Numbered from the stretch's first letter, positions 44,927 to 54,968 are shown. The stretch: 64,000 nucleotides of DNA from Christensenellaceae bacterium (GCA_963667195.1 OY762962.1:1754591-1818590); one strand, 5' to 3'. Numbers and translations: made by a program. The notes: a model not told the origin generated them from the letters alone.

Positions 44927-46141
44927 TTGAAAAACGAGATGTTGCTGGTGCTTTCGCTGGAGGATGCCATACAAATCGTGTGCCGGGTGGCGAAAAATGG
45001 GTCGATTTTGAGTGAATGTGAGCGACTTTCGGCGTGTTGCGGTCGCATTTTAGCGAATGATGTGTACGCGACGGAGGATTTGCCCGCGTTTGACCGCAGC
45101 GCGGTGGACGGATTTGCCGTCGTCAGCCGGGATACCTTCGGCGCGTCCGCGGCGCAACCTTCGCTTCTCCGCCTTGCGGGTGAGGTGAAGATGGGAGAAC
45201 GCGCCGGGTTCTCGCTTTCGGACGGGACCTGCGCCGCGGTCTGGACAGGCGGAGAGCTGCCGCCCGGTGCGGATGCGATGGTGATGCTGGAGCAGGCGGA
45301 GCGCTTACCGGGTGGAATGATCGCGGTGGAAGAGTCCGCAGCACCGGGCAGGCACATCGTGTTTCGCGGCGACGACATCAAGGCGGAAGGATTGCTGCTC
45401 ACCGCAGGGACACGGCTCACCGCGCGGGAGATCGGCCTGCTTGCCGCGGTTGGCGTGACCGAAGTGGAGGTGTTCGCCCGACCGCGCGTTGGGATTCTCT
45501 CCACGGGGGACGAGCTGATCGATCCCGCGCAGACGCCGGTCGGCGGACAGATTCGGGACAGCAACGGGGAAATGCTGCTTGCGGCCTGCCGCGAGGCGGG
45601 CGCGGAGGCGCGCTTTCTCGGGCGCGTGCCGGACGAGGAGGAGACGCTACACCACGCGATGAAGAGCAGCGCGGAAGCATGCGATCTTCTGTTGCTCTCC
45701 GGCGGCAGCTCCGCGGGCGCGAAGGATGCCGCCTGCCGCTGCCTCGGCAACCTTGGCGAAGTATTGTTCCATGGTCTCGCGCTCAAGCCGGGCAAACCCG
45801 CGTTTGCGGGAACGATCGGCAGTACGATCGTCGTCGGCCTGCCGGGGCATCCCGCGGCGGCGTATCTGGTGTTTCACGCGCTGGTGCGCCCGCTGCTCGC
45901 CGCGCTTGCGGGCGGTGAAATCGTCGAGCGTACGGCAAAGGCAACGCTGCTATGCGCCGCGCCGAGCAACGAAGGGCGCGAGGAACTGCTGCCCGTTCGC
46001 GCTCGCGAAGGCGTGGCGGAGCCGATTGCGCTCAAGTCCGGGCTGCTTTCTCCGCTGACCCGCGCGGACGGGTATGTCCACATTCCACGCGACACCGAGG
46101 GCCTGCCCAAAGGCGCGATAGTAGACGTAATTCTGTTTTGA
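44927..46141 (+). CDS. moeA: molybdopterin molybdenumtransferase MoeA
   Basis: MoeA N-terminal, MoCF-binding (LLLSGGSSAGAKD) and C-terminal domains. TTG start at 44927, or ATG at 44939. Confidence 0.88.
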   Translation: MKNEMLLVLSLEDAIQIVCRVAKNGSILSECERLSACCGRILANDVYATEDLPAFDRSAVDGFAVVSRDTFGASAAQPSLLRLAGEVKMGERAGFSLSDGTCAAVWTGGELPPGADAMVMLEQAERLPGGMIAVEESAAPGRHIVFRGDDIKAEGLLLTAGTRLTAREIGLLAAVGVTEVEVFARPRVGILSTGDELIDPAQTPVGGQIRDSNGEMLLAACREAGAEARFLGRVPDEEETLHHAMKSSAEACDLLLLSGGSSAGAKDAACRCLGNLGEVLFHGLALKPGKPAFAGTIGSTIVVGLPGHPAAAYLVFHALVRPLLAALAGGEIVERTAKATLLCAAPSNEGREELLPVRAREGVAEPIALKSGLLSPLTRADGYVHIPRDTEGLPKGAIVDVILF

Positions 46142-46200
46142 ACAATTCCGCGTCTCGTGTTCAAGGAACCGACGGACGGAAGAAATATTGAGGAGTTTTC

Positions 46201-48129
46201 ATGAGTAAATACGAATACCTGAGCAATACGCAGTTGGGTGAAGCGCTGCGTCAATATCTCGCGTTTCTGGAGCCCCGCGGGCTGAATTCCCGGACGGAAG
46301 AGGTGCCCGTGACCGACGCGCTGGGACGCATCAGCGCATGCGCGGCTTACGCGCGGCGCAGCAGCCCGCACTATACCGCCTGTGCGATGGACGGCATCGC
46401 AGTCCTTGCCAAGCGCACGTTTGGCGCCACGCAGACGACGCCCGTTTCGCTACGCGAGGGCGAGTTTATCCGCGTGGACACGGGCGACCCGCTGCCGCAG
46501 GGATGCGACGCGGTGATCATGATCGAGGATTGCGTGGAGGAGGCAGACGGAGTCGTGCTGCGCTCGGCGGCGGTTCCCTGGCAGCACGTACGCCAGATTG
46601 GCGAAGACCTCTCGGCAGGCGACATGATACTGCCGTCCTATATCGAGATCGAGCCCGCGTTGATCGGCGCCCTGCTCGCGGGCGGTGTGCAGAAGATCAG
46701 CGTTTTGGCAAAGCCGCGCGTCGCGATCATCCCCACGGGGGACGAGATCGTTTCTCAGGGCGAAACCCCGCGCGAGGGCGAGATACCGGAGTTCAACTCC
46801 GCAATCTTTTGCGCGATGCTTGCCCGTTGGGGTGCGGCGGGTGTGGTCTGTCCGGTTGTGAAGGATGATCCCGCGAAGATCGAGCAGGCGCTGCGTCAGG
46901 CGACAAGCGAAAGCGACCTCGTACTGCTCTGCGCGGGAACCTCCGCAGGACGCGACGACGGAACCGCATCCGCAATTCGCGCGCTCGGGGACGTCTGCGT
47001 GCATGGCATCGCGATCCGCCCGGGCAAACCCGCCGTGCTGGGCGCGGTCGGAAATAAACCCGTCGTCGGCGTGCCCGGCTACCCCGTCTCCGGCATCATC
47101 GTGCTGGAGGAGCTGGTCAAGCCCGTGATCGACCACCTGCTCAAGCGCGAGCGGGAGATTGCGGAGAGCGTCTGCGTCAAGATGGGCAGGCGATATGTCT
47201 CCTCGCTGAAATATCGCGAGTTTGTGCGCGCGTCGCTGGGGTTCGACGCGGAGGGCAGCCTTTCTGTCGTGCCCATTCAGGCGGGAGCAGGCGTGATCAC
47301 CTCGCTGACGAAGGCGGACTGCATCCTCGACGTGCCGCAAAACTGTGAAGGCTATGAGGCTGGTGAGCGCGCGCATGTGCGTTTGCTCAAGCCCATCGAC
47401 CGCGTTGCGCGCACGGTGCGCATCCTCGGCAGCCACGATCCGCTGATCGACGAGGCGGCGGACGAGCTGAGGCGCTCGGACATCCGCGCGTATGTGAGCA
47501 GCGCGCACGTCGGCAGCATGGGCGCACTCCTCGCGCTCAGCCGCGGGGAAGCGCAGCTCGGCGGCATCCATCTATTGAACGAATCGGACGGCAGCTATAA
47601 CATCTCCTACGTGGAGCAATACATCCCCGATGGCGGTGTCGCGCTGATCGAGTGCGTGCGCCGCGCGCAGGGGCTGATCGTGCAAAAAGGCAATCCGCTG
47701 GGCATCTCCTCCGTCAAAGACCTCACGAGATCGGGTGTTAGATACGCAAACCGGCAGAAGGGCGCGGGTACGCGCGTGCTGCTCGACTACCTGCTCAAGC
47801 AAAACGGCATATCGCCACAGCAGATCGAAGGATATGCGCGCGAGGAACTCACGCATACCGCCGTTGCGGCGCAGATCAGCGCGGGCAGCGCGGATTGCGG
47901 ACTGGGCATCCTCTCCGCCGCGCGGATGTATGACCTGGACTTCGTGCCCGTCTGCGAGGAGACATACGATCTGTTGGTGTCGCTCTCCGCGATGGAGAGT
48001 CCGCAGGTGCGCGCATTCCTGCGCACCCTCGGCAGCGAGGCGTTTTTGCGCAGGCTGGACGCGCTGGGCGGATACACCTACGATCAGCCCGGAAGGATCA
48101 AAAAAATCTGGCCTGAAAAGCAACAGTAA
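46201..48129 (+). CDS. MoeA fused to a C-terminal periplasmic-binding-like (PBP-like) domain
   Basis: The N-terminal ~400 aa are MoeA-like (LLCAGTSAGRDD). The C-terminal ~230 aa resemble an oxyanion/LysR-substrate-type binding fold (RILGSHDPL...GVRYANRQKGAGTR). GAGGAG RBS. Confidence 0.85.
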   Translation: MSKYEYLSNTQLGEALRQYLAFLEPRGLNSRTEEVPVTDALGRISACAAYARRSSPHYTACAMDGIAVLAKRTFGATQTTPVSLREGEFIRVDTGDPLPQGCDAVIMIEDCVEEADGVVLRSAAVPWQHVRQIGEDLSAGDMILPSYIEIEPALIGALLAGGVQKISVLAKPRVAIIPTGDEIVSQGETPREGEIPEFNSAIFCAMLARWGAAGVVCPVVKDDPAKIEQALRQATSESDLVLLCAGTSAGRDDGTASAIRALGDVCVHGIAIRPGKPAVLGAVGNKPVVGVPGYPVSGIIVLEELVKPVIDHLLKREREIAESVCVKMGRRYVSSLKYREFVRASLGFDAEGSLSVVPIQAGAGVITSLTKADCILDVPQNCEGYEAGERAHVRLLKPIDRVARTVRILGSHDPLIDEAADELRRSDIRAYVSSAHVGSMGALLALSRGEAQLGGIHLLNESDGSYNISYVEQYIPDGGVALIECVRRAQGLIVQKGNPLGISSVKDLTRSGVRYANRQKGAGTRVLLDYLLKQNGISPQQIEGYAREELTHTAVAAQISAGSADCGLGILSAARMYDLDFVPVCEETYDLLVSLSAMESPQVRAFLRTLGSEAFLRRLDALGGYTYDQPGRIKKIWPEKQQ

Positions 48130-48239
48130 TCAGGATATCCGGCTGGTATACGGCGAAAAAACGCCGATTTCGTGCGTTATTCTTTCGAAAATAATATATC
48201 CGCTCAAAAAATTAGAACGCGCTTGCCAAACTTTATGAG

Positions 48240-48278
48240 CCGCCGTATGATAGAGCTATCCTGCGGCGGTTGTTTTTT
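48240..48278 (+). terminator. putative terminator or attenuator between moeA-PBP and moaC
   Basis: CCGCCG..GATAG-AG-CTATC..CGGCGG composite stem, followed by TTGTTTTTT. Confidence 0.55.
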
Positions 48279-48336
48279 GGAAGAATATTGCAAAACCATT
48301 CGCAAAAACCGATCAGAACGGAAAGGTTGGCGGCAC

Positions 48337-48837
48337 ATGAACGACATCTTGACGCATGTCAACGCGCGCGGAGAAGCGCACATGGTGGATGTTTCGGAAA
48401 AAGACGTGACCCACCGCGAGGCGGTTGCCGAAAGCTTCGTCGTCATGAAGCCGGAGACGCTCGATTTGATCCGGAGCGGCTCTGCCGCAAAAGGCGACGT
48501 GTTTGCAACGGCGCGCATCGCGGGGATTCTCGCGGCAAAGCGCACAAGCGAACTCATTCCGCTGTGCCATCCAATCGCGCTGACCTCGGTCAAGGTGGAC
48601 CTCATCGCCTGCCCGCCGGATCGCGTCCACATCATCAGCGAGGTGCGCTGTGATGAGAAGACCGGTGTGGAGATGGAAGCGTTGACGGCGGCGAGTGTTG
48701 CCGCGCTGACGATCTACGACATGTGCAAGGCGGTTGACCGCGGGATGGAGATCGTGACCACGCGACTAATCAAAAAGAGCGGTGGAAAGAGCGGCATCTT
48801 TGAGCGCGAGGCGGGCGCATGCGAATCCAACGCCTGA
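48337..48837 (+). CDS. moaC: cyclic pyranopterin monophosphate synthase MoaC
   Basis: [25 protein letters not shown] and LIPLCHPI motifs. The ORF track start at 48172 crosses the terminator hairpin. Confidence 0.92.
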   Translation: MNDILTHVNARGEAHMVDVSEKDVTHREAVAESFVVMKPETLDLIRSGSAAKGDVFATARIAGILAAKRTSELIPLCHPIALTSVKVDLIACPPDRVHIISEVRCDEKTGVEMEALTAASVAALTIYDMCKAVDRGMEIVTTRLIKKSGGKSGIFEREAGACESNA

Positions 48838-49262
48838 CGCGCGCGCCACAAGGCGCGCCGCGCGAAACCGTCGAATCATTGCTGTTGGACGAACACCTCG
48901 GCGTTATCGGTGATGTCAAGAGCGCGAAGGACGGCTCCGTAAGCCTGCTTTCGGGTGAAGCGGAGGAGAGGATTCGCACGTTAGGCGGCCTCTGCACCGC
49001 GAAGTTTGCGGCAAATATCGTCACCGAAGGTCTTGACTATGCGGAACTTTCGGCAGGAACGATACTTTCGATCGACTCCGCTCTACTGGAAATCACACGC
49101 GTCGGCAAACCCTGCTATGAAGCCTGCGCGATCGCGCAAACGGGCGAAACCTGCGAACTGCCACATAACTGCGCCTTTGCGCGTGTGCTGCGCGGCGGCG
49201 AGATACACATACACGAAACGATATGGATTCAAAACCCATCAGATGACACACATCAAATTTAG
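48819..49262 (+). CDS. MOSC domain-containing protein (stand-alone, 147 aa)
   Basis: [19 protein letters not shown] and [13 protein letters not shown] motifs, shared with the paralog at 50285. Confidence 0.75.
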   Translation: MRIQRLTRAPQGAPRETVESLLLDEHLGVIGDVKSAKDGSVSLLSGEAEERIRTLGGLCTAKFAANIVTEGLDYAELSAGTILSIDSALLEITRVGKPCYEACAIAQTGETCELPHNCAFARVLRGGEIHIHETIWIQNPSDDTHQI

Positions 49263-49274
49263 ATCGGAAACAGA

Positions 49275-50225
49275 ATGAACGACCGCTTTGGACGAACAAT
49301 CACATATTTACGCCTTTCGCTCACGGAGCGCTGCACACTCAAGTGCGCCTATTGCCGCGCGGGAGAAGGCATTTGCCCGAAGAAGAGCGAGCTAAGTCAA
49401 GATGAGTTCTTGCGCATCGTGCGCTCGTTTGCGGCGGTCGGCGTTAAGAAGGTGCGCCTCACGGGCGGCGAACCCATGCTGCGGCGGGATTTGATCCCGA
49501 TTATCTCAGGCATTCGCGGGATTGAGGGCATCGAGGAGATTACGATGACGACCAACGGGCAGCATCTGGCGGGGCAATGCCGCGCGCTGCGCGAGGCGGG
49601 GCTGAACCGCCTAAATATCAGCGTCGATTCTCTCAAGCCGGAGCGGTATACTGCCATCACGGGCGGGGGTTCGCTCTCGCTGGTGCTCGCGGGAATCGAG
49701 GAGGCGTTTGCGGCGGGGTTTCCTTCGCTGAAACTCAACGTCGTACTCCTGCGTGGGCAAAACGACGACGAGACGGCGGACTTCATCGAGCTCTCCAAGG
49801 ATCGCCCGATCTCGGTGCGGTTCATCGAATATATGCCGCTGGGTGAGACAGATCAGGCGAGTCTTCGCGTAACCGGCGCGGAACTATTGAAGAAACACCC
49901 GCAGCTCGTGCCGGTGGAGCCTGCGTACCCGGGTCAGCCCTCGCGGGACTATCAGATGCCGGGCTATGTCGGGCGCGTGGGGCTGATCGATCCCATGTCG
50001 CACCGCTTCTGCGCGGACTGCAACCGCGTGCGCGTGATGAGCGACGGTATGATTCGCCCGTGCCTGGGTTCCAACGAGGAGTTCTCGCTGAAAGAAGCGC
50101 TCGAACAAACCGACGACAGCGCGCTGCACGCGGTGATCGCGCGGGCAATTGCGCTCAAGCCGGAGACGCACTGCTTCGACGCATCATTCAAAGCGGAAAA
50201 GACCATGCGCCACATTGGCGGATAA
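49275..50225 (+). CDS. moaA: GTP 3',8-cyclase MoaA (radical SAM)
   Basis: YLRLSLTERCTLKCAYC radical-SAM cluster motif and a C-terminal CADCNRVR second-cluster motif. Confidence 0.93.
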   Translation: MNDRFGRTITYLRLSLTERCTLKCAYCRAGEGICPKKSELSQDEFLRIVRSFAAVGVKKVRLTGGEPMLRRDLIPIISGIRGIEGIEEITMTTNGQHLAGQCRALREAGLNRLNISVDSLKPERYTAITGGGSLSLVLAGIEEAFAAGFPSLKLNVVLLRGQNDDETADFIELSKDRPISVRFIEYMPLGETDQASLRVTGAELLKKHPQLVPVEPAYPGQPSRDYQMPGYVGRVGLIDPMSHRFCADCNRVRVMSDGMIRPCLGSNEEFSLKEALEQTDDSALHAVIARAIALKPETHCFDASFKAEKTMRHIGG

Positions 50226-50284
50226 CGTGTGCACGGGTCACGGAAATCGTTCAATCAGAAGAATATAATCAATAATTATTTATA

Positions 50285-50746
50285 ATGACATTTTTCACGA
50301 AAGGTAAATCAGTGGCAAAGATTACATCCATCAACATCAGCCCGAAGAAGGGCACGTTTAAGCAGCCGGTGGAGCGCGCGGAGCTGAAGGTTGATCACGG
50401 CATCGTGGGAGACGCGCACGCGGGCAATTGGCACCGGCAGATCAGTTTACTCGCGCAGGAGAGCATCGACAAGATGATCGCGCTGGGATTGCCTGACCTC
50501 ACGCCCGGCAAGTTTGCGGAGAATATTACCACAGAGGGTATTTCGCTCTATACGCTGCCTGTCGGAACGATTTTACGCCTCGGCAGTTGCCGCGTGGAGG
50601 TCACCCAGATCGGCAAGGAATGCCATCAACACTGCGAAATCTACAAGAAGGTCGGGCAGTGCATCATGCCACACGAGGGCATCTTCGTGCGCGTGCTCAC
50701 GCCGGGCGAGCTCTCGGTCGGCGATGAAATCGAGATCGAACAATAA
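50285..50746 (+). CDS. MOSC domain-containing protein (stand-alone, about 150 aa)
   Basis: HGIVGD, FAENITTEGI, GTIL and EVTQIGKECHQHC motifs. A GTG start near 50312 is possible. Confidence 0.75.
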   Translation: MTFFTKGKSVAKITSINISPKKGTFKQPVERAELKVDHGIVGDAHAGNWHRQISLLAQESIDKMIALGLPDLTPGKFAENITTEGISLYTLPVGTILRLGSCRVEVTQIGKECHQHCEIYKKVGQCIMPHEGIFVRVLTPGELSVGDEIEIEQ

Positions 50747-50762
50747 GCCACGTTTGATTTTT

Positions 50763-50786
50763 GCGGGCGCGTTGCCCGCTTTTTTT
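50763..50786 (+). terminator. Rho-independent terminator after the second MOSC gene
   Basis: GCGGGC-GCGTT-GCCCGC followed by TTTTTTT. Confidence 0.7.
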
Positions 50787-50912
50787 ACCAAAATCAAAGG
50801 AAAATAGTAAAGATTGGAGGATATAGCATTACTTTCTGAAAAAGTGTTGCGGCATCTCAAAAAATAATTTGAAAGCGTTGTTTTTTCAGAAAAATAATGG
50901 TATGATTCGCGT

Positions 50913-51938
50913 ATGAAGCTCATCGACACAAAGGACGCCGTCGGCTATGTGCTCTGCCATGACCTGACGCGCATCGTTCCCGGGGAAAGCAAGGACGCGC
51001 AGTTTCGCAAGGGGCACGTCGTCACCGCGGACGACATCCCCATGCTGCTCTCGATGGGAAAAGACCACCTCTACGTTTGGGAAGTGGATGAAAACACCCT
51101 TCACGAAAACGAGGCGGCGGATCTGCTCGCGCGGCTTTGCGAAAGCGAACACATGCGCAGAGGCGAAGTAAAAGAGGGCAAGATTGAGCTTTTCGCCACC
51201 GAGGACGGCGTATTCACCGTGGATGTGCCAAGGCTCGATGCGCTCAACGACTTGCCGGACATCATGGTTGCCACGCGGCACACCAACAGCACCGTCAGGG
51301 TCGGAGACAAGCTCGGCGGCACGCGGATCATTCCGCTGCTGATCGACCGCCGCAGAATCGAGGAAGCGCAGGCGCTCGTGGGCGCTGAACCGCTGATGAA
51401 GCTCACGCCGTTTCGAAAGAACCTCAAGGCGGGTATCGTTGTCACCGGAAACGAAGTCTTTCACGGCAGGATCACCGATAAGTTTACCCCCGTGGTCGAG
51501 AGAAAGCTCGCGGCATTCGGGGTTCCGCTGACCGAGCGGCGCGTGAGCGACGATAACCCGGAGCATATCGTGGCCGCGATCAACGAAGTGCGCGCATGCG
51601 GCGTGGATATCGTGCTCTGCACGGGTGGCATGAGCGTCGATCCGGATGATCGCACGCCGGCCGCGATTCGCGACAGCGGCGCGAACATCATCACCTACGG
51701 CGCACCCGTGTTGCCGGGAGCGATGTTTCTACTGGGGTATTACGACGACGGCACACCCGTAATGGGCCTGCCGGGATGCGTGATGTATTCGCGCGCGTCG
51801 ATCTTCGATATTGTTTTACCCCGCGTGGTAGCGGGCATGCGCATTTCGCGCCGCGACCTGACGCGGCTCGGCAACGGCGGGCTGTGCCTGCAGTGCGAGG
51901 TTTGCACCTATCCCAACTGCGGGTTCGGCAAGGAGTAG
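50913..51938 (+). CDS. molybdopterin-binding domain protein (MoeA-related, MoCF_biosynth domain) with a Cys-rich C-terminus
   Basis: TGGMSVDPDDRTP motif of the MoCF-binding fold. The C-terminal end carries CLQCEVCTYPNC. Confidence 0.75.
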   Translation: MKLIDTKDAVGYVLCHDLTRIVPGESKDAQFRKGHVVTADDIPMLLSMGKDHLYVWEVDENTLHENEAADLLARLCESEHMRRGEVKEGKIELFATEDGVFTVDVPRLDALNDLPDIMVATRHTNSTVRVGDKLGGTRIIPLLIDRRRIEEAQALVGAEPLMKLTPFRKNLKAGIVVTGNEVFHGRITDKFTPVVERKLAAFGVPLTERRVSDDNPEHIVAAINEVRACGVDIVLCTGGMSVDPDDRTPAAIRDSGANIITYGAPVLPGAMFLLGYYDDGTPVMGLPGCVMYSRASIFDIVLPRVVAGMRISRRDLTRLGNGGLCLQCEVCTYPNCGFGKE

Positions 51939-52032
51939 CGGAGCGGGATTCGATCCGCTCACTCTATCTGTTAGATGGCTCACGCGAAGGCATTCGCGTA
52001 CCATATATCAATCATGTGAGAGGATCGAAACT

Positions 52033-52950
52033 ATGAAAAAATGGATTGCCCTGTTGAGTGCCATCCTGATGATGGCGATGCTCGGCGCTTGCGCCACCGC
52101 AACCACGCCCGTTGCAACCGAAGCCCCTGCCGCGACCGCGACCGAGGCCGTGACAGAGGCACCCGCGGCGACGCCCGAACCGACAGTTGCCCCGCTGGAA
52201 GCCGCCGAGGTGCAGCTGTTTATCGCGGCGAGCCTGGAAGGCGCGTTCAAGGAGATCATCCCGCTGTACAACGCGACCCAGCCGAACGTGAAGATCACCT
52301 ATAATGCAGATAGCTCCGGCACGCTGCTCACGCAGGTTCAGGAAGGCTTTGCCTGTGATGTCTTCTTCTCGGCGGCAACAAGCCAGGTCAAGACGCTGGA
52401 GGAGCAGGGCTTCATGATCGCGGGTTCGCGCGTGGATCTGCTGTGCAATAAGCTCGCGCTGATCACCCTCAAGGGCAGCGGCACGGCCGTTACCGGCTTT
52501 GCCGATCTTTCGAAGGCCAAGAGCATCGCGCTTGCGGACGGAAGCGTCCCCGCGGGCAAGTATACGCGTCAGCTCCTGATCAAACTCGGCGTTCTGGACG
52601 GCACGAAGGAAGCCAAGGACTACACGACGGCGGATGTCTCCAAGGCGCTCGGCGGCGTGGAGATCAACGAATGCAGCAACGTCAGCAAGGTGAAAGAAGC
52701 GGTCAAGGAAGGCTCCAACGAAGTCGGCACCGTGTATTATTCCGACGCCTACTCGGTCAAGGACGACGTGGATATCCTCGAAGTGGCGGACACCTCGCTC
52801 ACGGGCGACATCATCTACCCCGTTTGTCGCGTGAACAATGCTGCTGCTACGGCGGCGGAGACCGCGGCTGCGGACGATTTCATCGCTTTCCTCCAGACGG
52901 ACGCGGTGAAGGCCATCTTTGAAAAGTACATGTTCATCATCAACAAATAA
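52033..52950 (+). CDS. modA: molybdate ABC transporter substrate-binding lipoprotein
   Basis: Lipobox MLGAC, a Pro/Ala/Thr linker and a ModA-like core (FIAASL, SGTLLTQV, AGKYTRQ). Confidence 0.88.
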   Translation: MKKWIALLSAILMMAMLGACATATTPVATEAPAATATEAVTEAPAATPEPTVAPLEAAEVQLFIAASLEGAFKEIIPLYNATQPNVKITYNADSSGTLLTQVQEGFACDVFFSAATSQVKTLEEQGFMIAGSRVDLLCNKLALITLKGSGTAVTGFADLSKAKSIALADGSVPAGKYTRQLLIKLGVLDGTKEAKDYTTADVSKALGGVEINECSNVSKVKEAVKEGSNEVGTVYYSDAYSVKDDVDILEVADTSLTGDIIYPVCRVNNAAATAAETAAADDFIAFLQTDAVKAIFEKYMFIINK

Positions 52951-52989
52951 GCCTTAGTTTTGTGATCGGTACCAGCAATCACAATCAAC

Positions 52990-53030
52990 GCCCGCCGTCA
53001 TCTATTTTGGCGGCGGGCCGTTTCATTCTT
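52990..53030 (+). terminator. putative intra-operon terminator or attenuator after modA
   Basis: GCCCGCCG, 13-nt loop, CGGCGGGC, followed by a T-rich tail (CGTTTCATTCTTTG). Confidence 0.45.
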
Positions 53031-53094
53031 TGTTCGATTCCGCTAATCGATTTATGGTATGATGAATTTGGTTTGAATCACCCAAAGGAGCCAG

Positions 53095-53802
53095 ATGATG
53101 CAGGAGATTTGGGATATCTTCAAGACACTCGACTACAGTCCGCTCTGGATTTCGCTCAAAACGGGGCTGGTCGCGACCGTAATCTGCTTTTTCCTCGGCG
53201 TGTGGACGGCGCGGTGCGTCATGCACATGGGCAAGCGCGCAAAGGCGTTTGTGGATGGGCTGTTGACGCTGCCGATGGTGCTGCCGCCGACGGTTGCGGG
53301 CTTCTTCCTGCTGCTGATCTTCAGCCTCCGCCGCCCGATCGGCACATTTTTGTATCAGGAGTTGTCCATCAAGGTGGTGCAGACGTGGCTTGGCTGCATC
53401 CTCGCCGCGGGCGTGATCGCGTTTCCGCTGATGTATCGAAACGCGAGAGCAGCGTTTGAACAGGTGGATATCGAACTCATCTACGCGGGTCGCACGCTGG
53501 GTATGAGCGAACGCGCGATCTTCTGGCGCGTGGTGCTGCCCTCGGCAGGGCCCGGCGTGGTCAGCGGAACGATTCTCACGTTTGCCCGCGCGCTCGGCGA
53601 ATATGGAGCCACCAGCATGCTCGCGGGGAACATCGCGGGCAAGACGGGCACGATCTCGCAGCGCATCGCGATGGTGATTCAAAACGGAGATTATGTCACC
53701 GCAGGGCTTTGGGTTGCGATCATTTTGCTGATCTCGTTTGGCATCGTGGTGCTCATGAATCTCTTTGCCGATTCAAAGATGAAGAACATCAAAAAATGGT
53801 GA
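53095..53802 (+). CDS. modB: molybdate ABC transporter permease
   Basis: ModB-like polytopic protein with an EAA-loop region (ARALGEYGAT). AAAGGAG RBS. Confidence 0.9.
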   Translation: MMQEIWDIFKTLDYSPLWISLKTGLVATVICFFLGVWTARCVMHMGKRAKAFVDGLLTLPMVLPPTVAGFFLLLIFSLRRPIGTFLYQELSIKVVQTWLGCILAAGVIAFPLMYRNARAAFEQVDIELIYAGRTLGMSERAIFWRVVLPSAGPGVVSGTILTFARALGEYGATSMLAGNIAGKTGTISQRIAMVIQNGDYVTAGLWVAIILLISFGIVVLMNLFADSKMKNIKKW

Positions 53803-53844
53803 CAAGACCGGAGAAACCGATCTCGAAATAAAACGGGAGGGAAC

Positions 53845-54906
53845 ATGTCCTTAACCGTAGATATCATCAAACGTTTACAGGGGTTCACGCTCAACGTCTC
53901 GTTTACAGCGGAGGCGGGTGTGACCGCGCTCTTGGGAGCAAGCGGCAGCGGAAAAAGCATGACGCTGAGGTGCATTGCGGGCGTAGAACGCCCGGACGAG
54001 GGCAGCATCGTGCTCGACGGCCGCGTGCTCTACGATTCCAAAGCGAAGATTGATCTGCCACCGCAAGCGCGCAAGGTAGGCTATCTCTTTCAGCGGTATG
54101 CGCTGTTTCCCAATATGACCGTGCTGCAAAACATCGATGCGGGGCTTTCGCTCGTGCGGGATGCGCGCGTGCGAAAGACGAAGCGCGAGAGCCTGATCTC
54201 CCGCTTTCACTTAAACGGGCTGGAGGAGCGGCTACCGCGCGAGCTCTCAGGTGGGCAAATGCAGCGCGTTGCGCTTTGCAGGATGCTCGCGGGTGAGCCG
54301 GAGGCGATCCTGCTCGACGAGCCGTTTGCAGCGCTAGACAGCCACCTTCGTTGGCAGATGGAGTCGGAGGTCAAGCAGACGCTTGCCGAGTTCCCGGGCG
54401 CGGCGCTGCTGGTGTCGCACGACCGCGGCGAAGTCTACCGCATGAGCCGGCGCGTCTGCGTGCTCAACGAGGGTGTGAGCGAGCCCGCGACAGATACGGC
54501 GGAGCTCTTTGCGCACCCGCGGACGCTGCAATCCGCGCTGATCACCGGCTGCAAGAACTGCGCACCCGCGAGCCTCACACAGACGGGTCAGTTATTCGTT
54601 CCGTCCTGGAACGCCGTGCTTGCCTGCGATGGTGCGGAGGCGAGTGGCATCACCCACGCGGGCATTCGCGCGCACTTCGTCGTGCCCTGCGCCGAAGATG
54701 CGGAGAACGCGCTGCTCTGCCAGATCGTGCATGCGGAGGACGACGTGTTTTCCCGCGTGCTGACGCTGCTTCCGCGCGGAGGAACCGCCACGATTCGCGC
54801 GGAGATGGGGAAATCGGACGCAAGCGCGTTTGCGGTCGGCAGCGAGGCGTGGTTCCGCCTGCCGAGGGAGCACGTGATGCTGCTAATGGAAACGCACAAC
54901 AGCTAG
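53845..54906 (+). CDS. modC: molybdate ABC transporter ATP-binding protein with a C-terminal TOBE-like domain
   Basis: Walker A GASGSGKS, signature LSGGQMQRV, Walker B ILLDEP, and an additional ~120-aa C-terminal domain. Confidence 0.88.
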   Translation: MSLTVDIIKRLQGFTLNVSFTAEAGVTALLGASGSGKSMTLRCIAGVERPDEGSIVLDGRVLYDSKAKIDLPPQARKVGYLFQRYALFPNMTVLQNIDAGLSLVRDARVRKTKRESLISRFHLNGLEERLPRELSGGQMQRVALCRMLAGEPEAILLDEPFAALDSHLRWQMESEVKQTLAEFPGAALLVSHDRGEVYRMSRRVCVLNEGVSEPATDTAELFAHPRTLQSALITGCKNCAPASLTQTGQLFVPSWNAVLACDGAEASGITHAGIRAHFVVPCAEDAENALLCQIVHAEDDVFSRVLTLLPRGGTATIRAEMGKSDASAFAVGSEAWFRLPREHVMLLMETHNS

Positions 54907-54968
54907 CCGAAACGGCGGGGGACTGCTATACTGAAACCATTCCGGATATGATGCAGGAGGAAGATACG

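Noticed and set aside
44800-52032. A Moco riboswitch upstream of moeA, moaC, moaA or modA.
   Set aside because: I inspected each leader and did not find the conserved Moco-motif core or a suitable multi-stem architecture. Only ordinary promoters and terminators were seen. A negative call by eye is not decisive; Infernal with RF01055 would settle it.
54351-54968. The N-terminal 206 aa of the ORF-track entry 54351..55475.
   Set aside because: This part overlaps modC in another frame and is Arg/Gly-rich. The real Mog/MoaB gene starts at 54969, after a GGAGG RBS.
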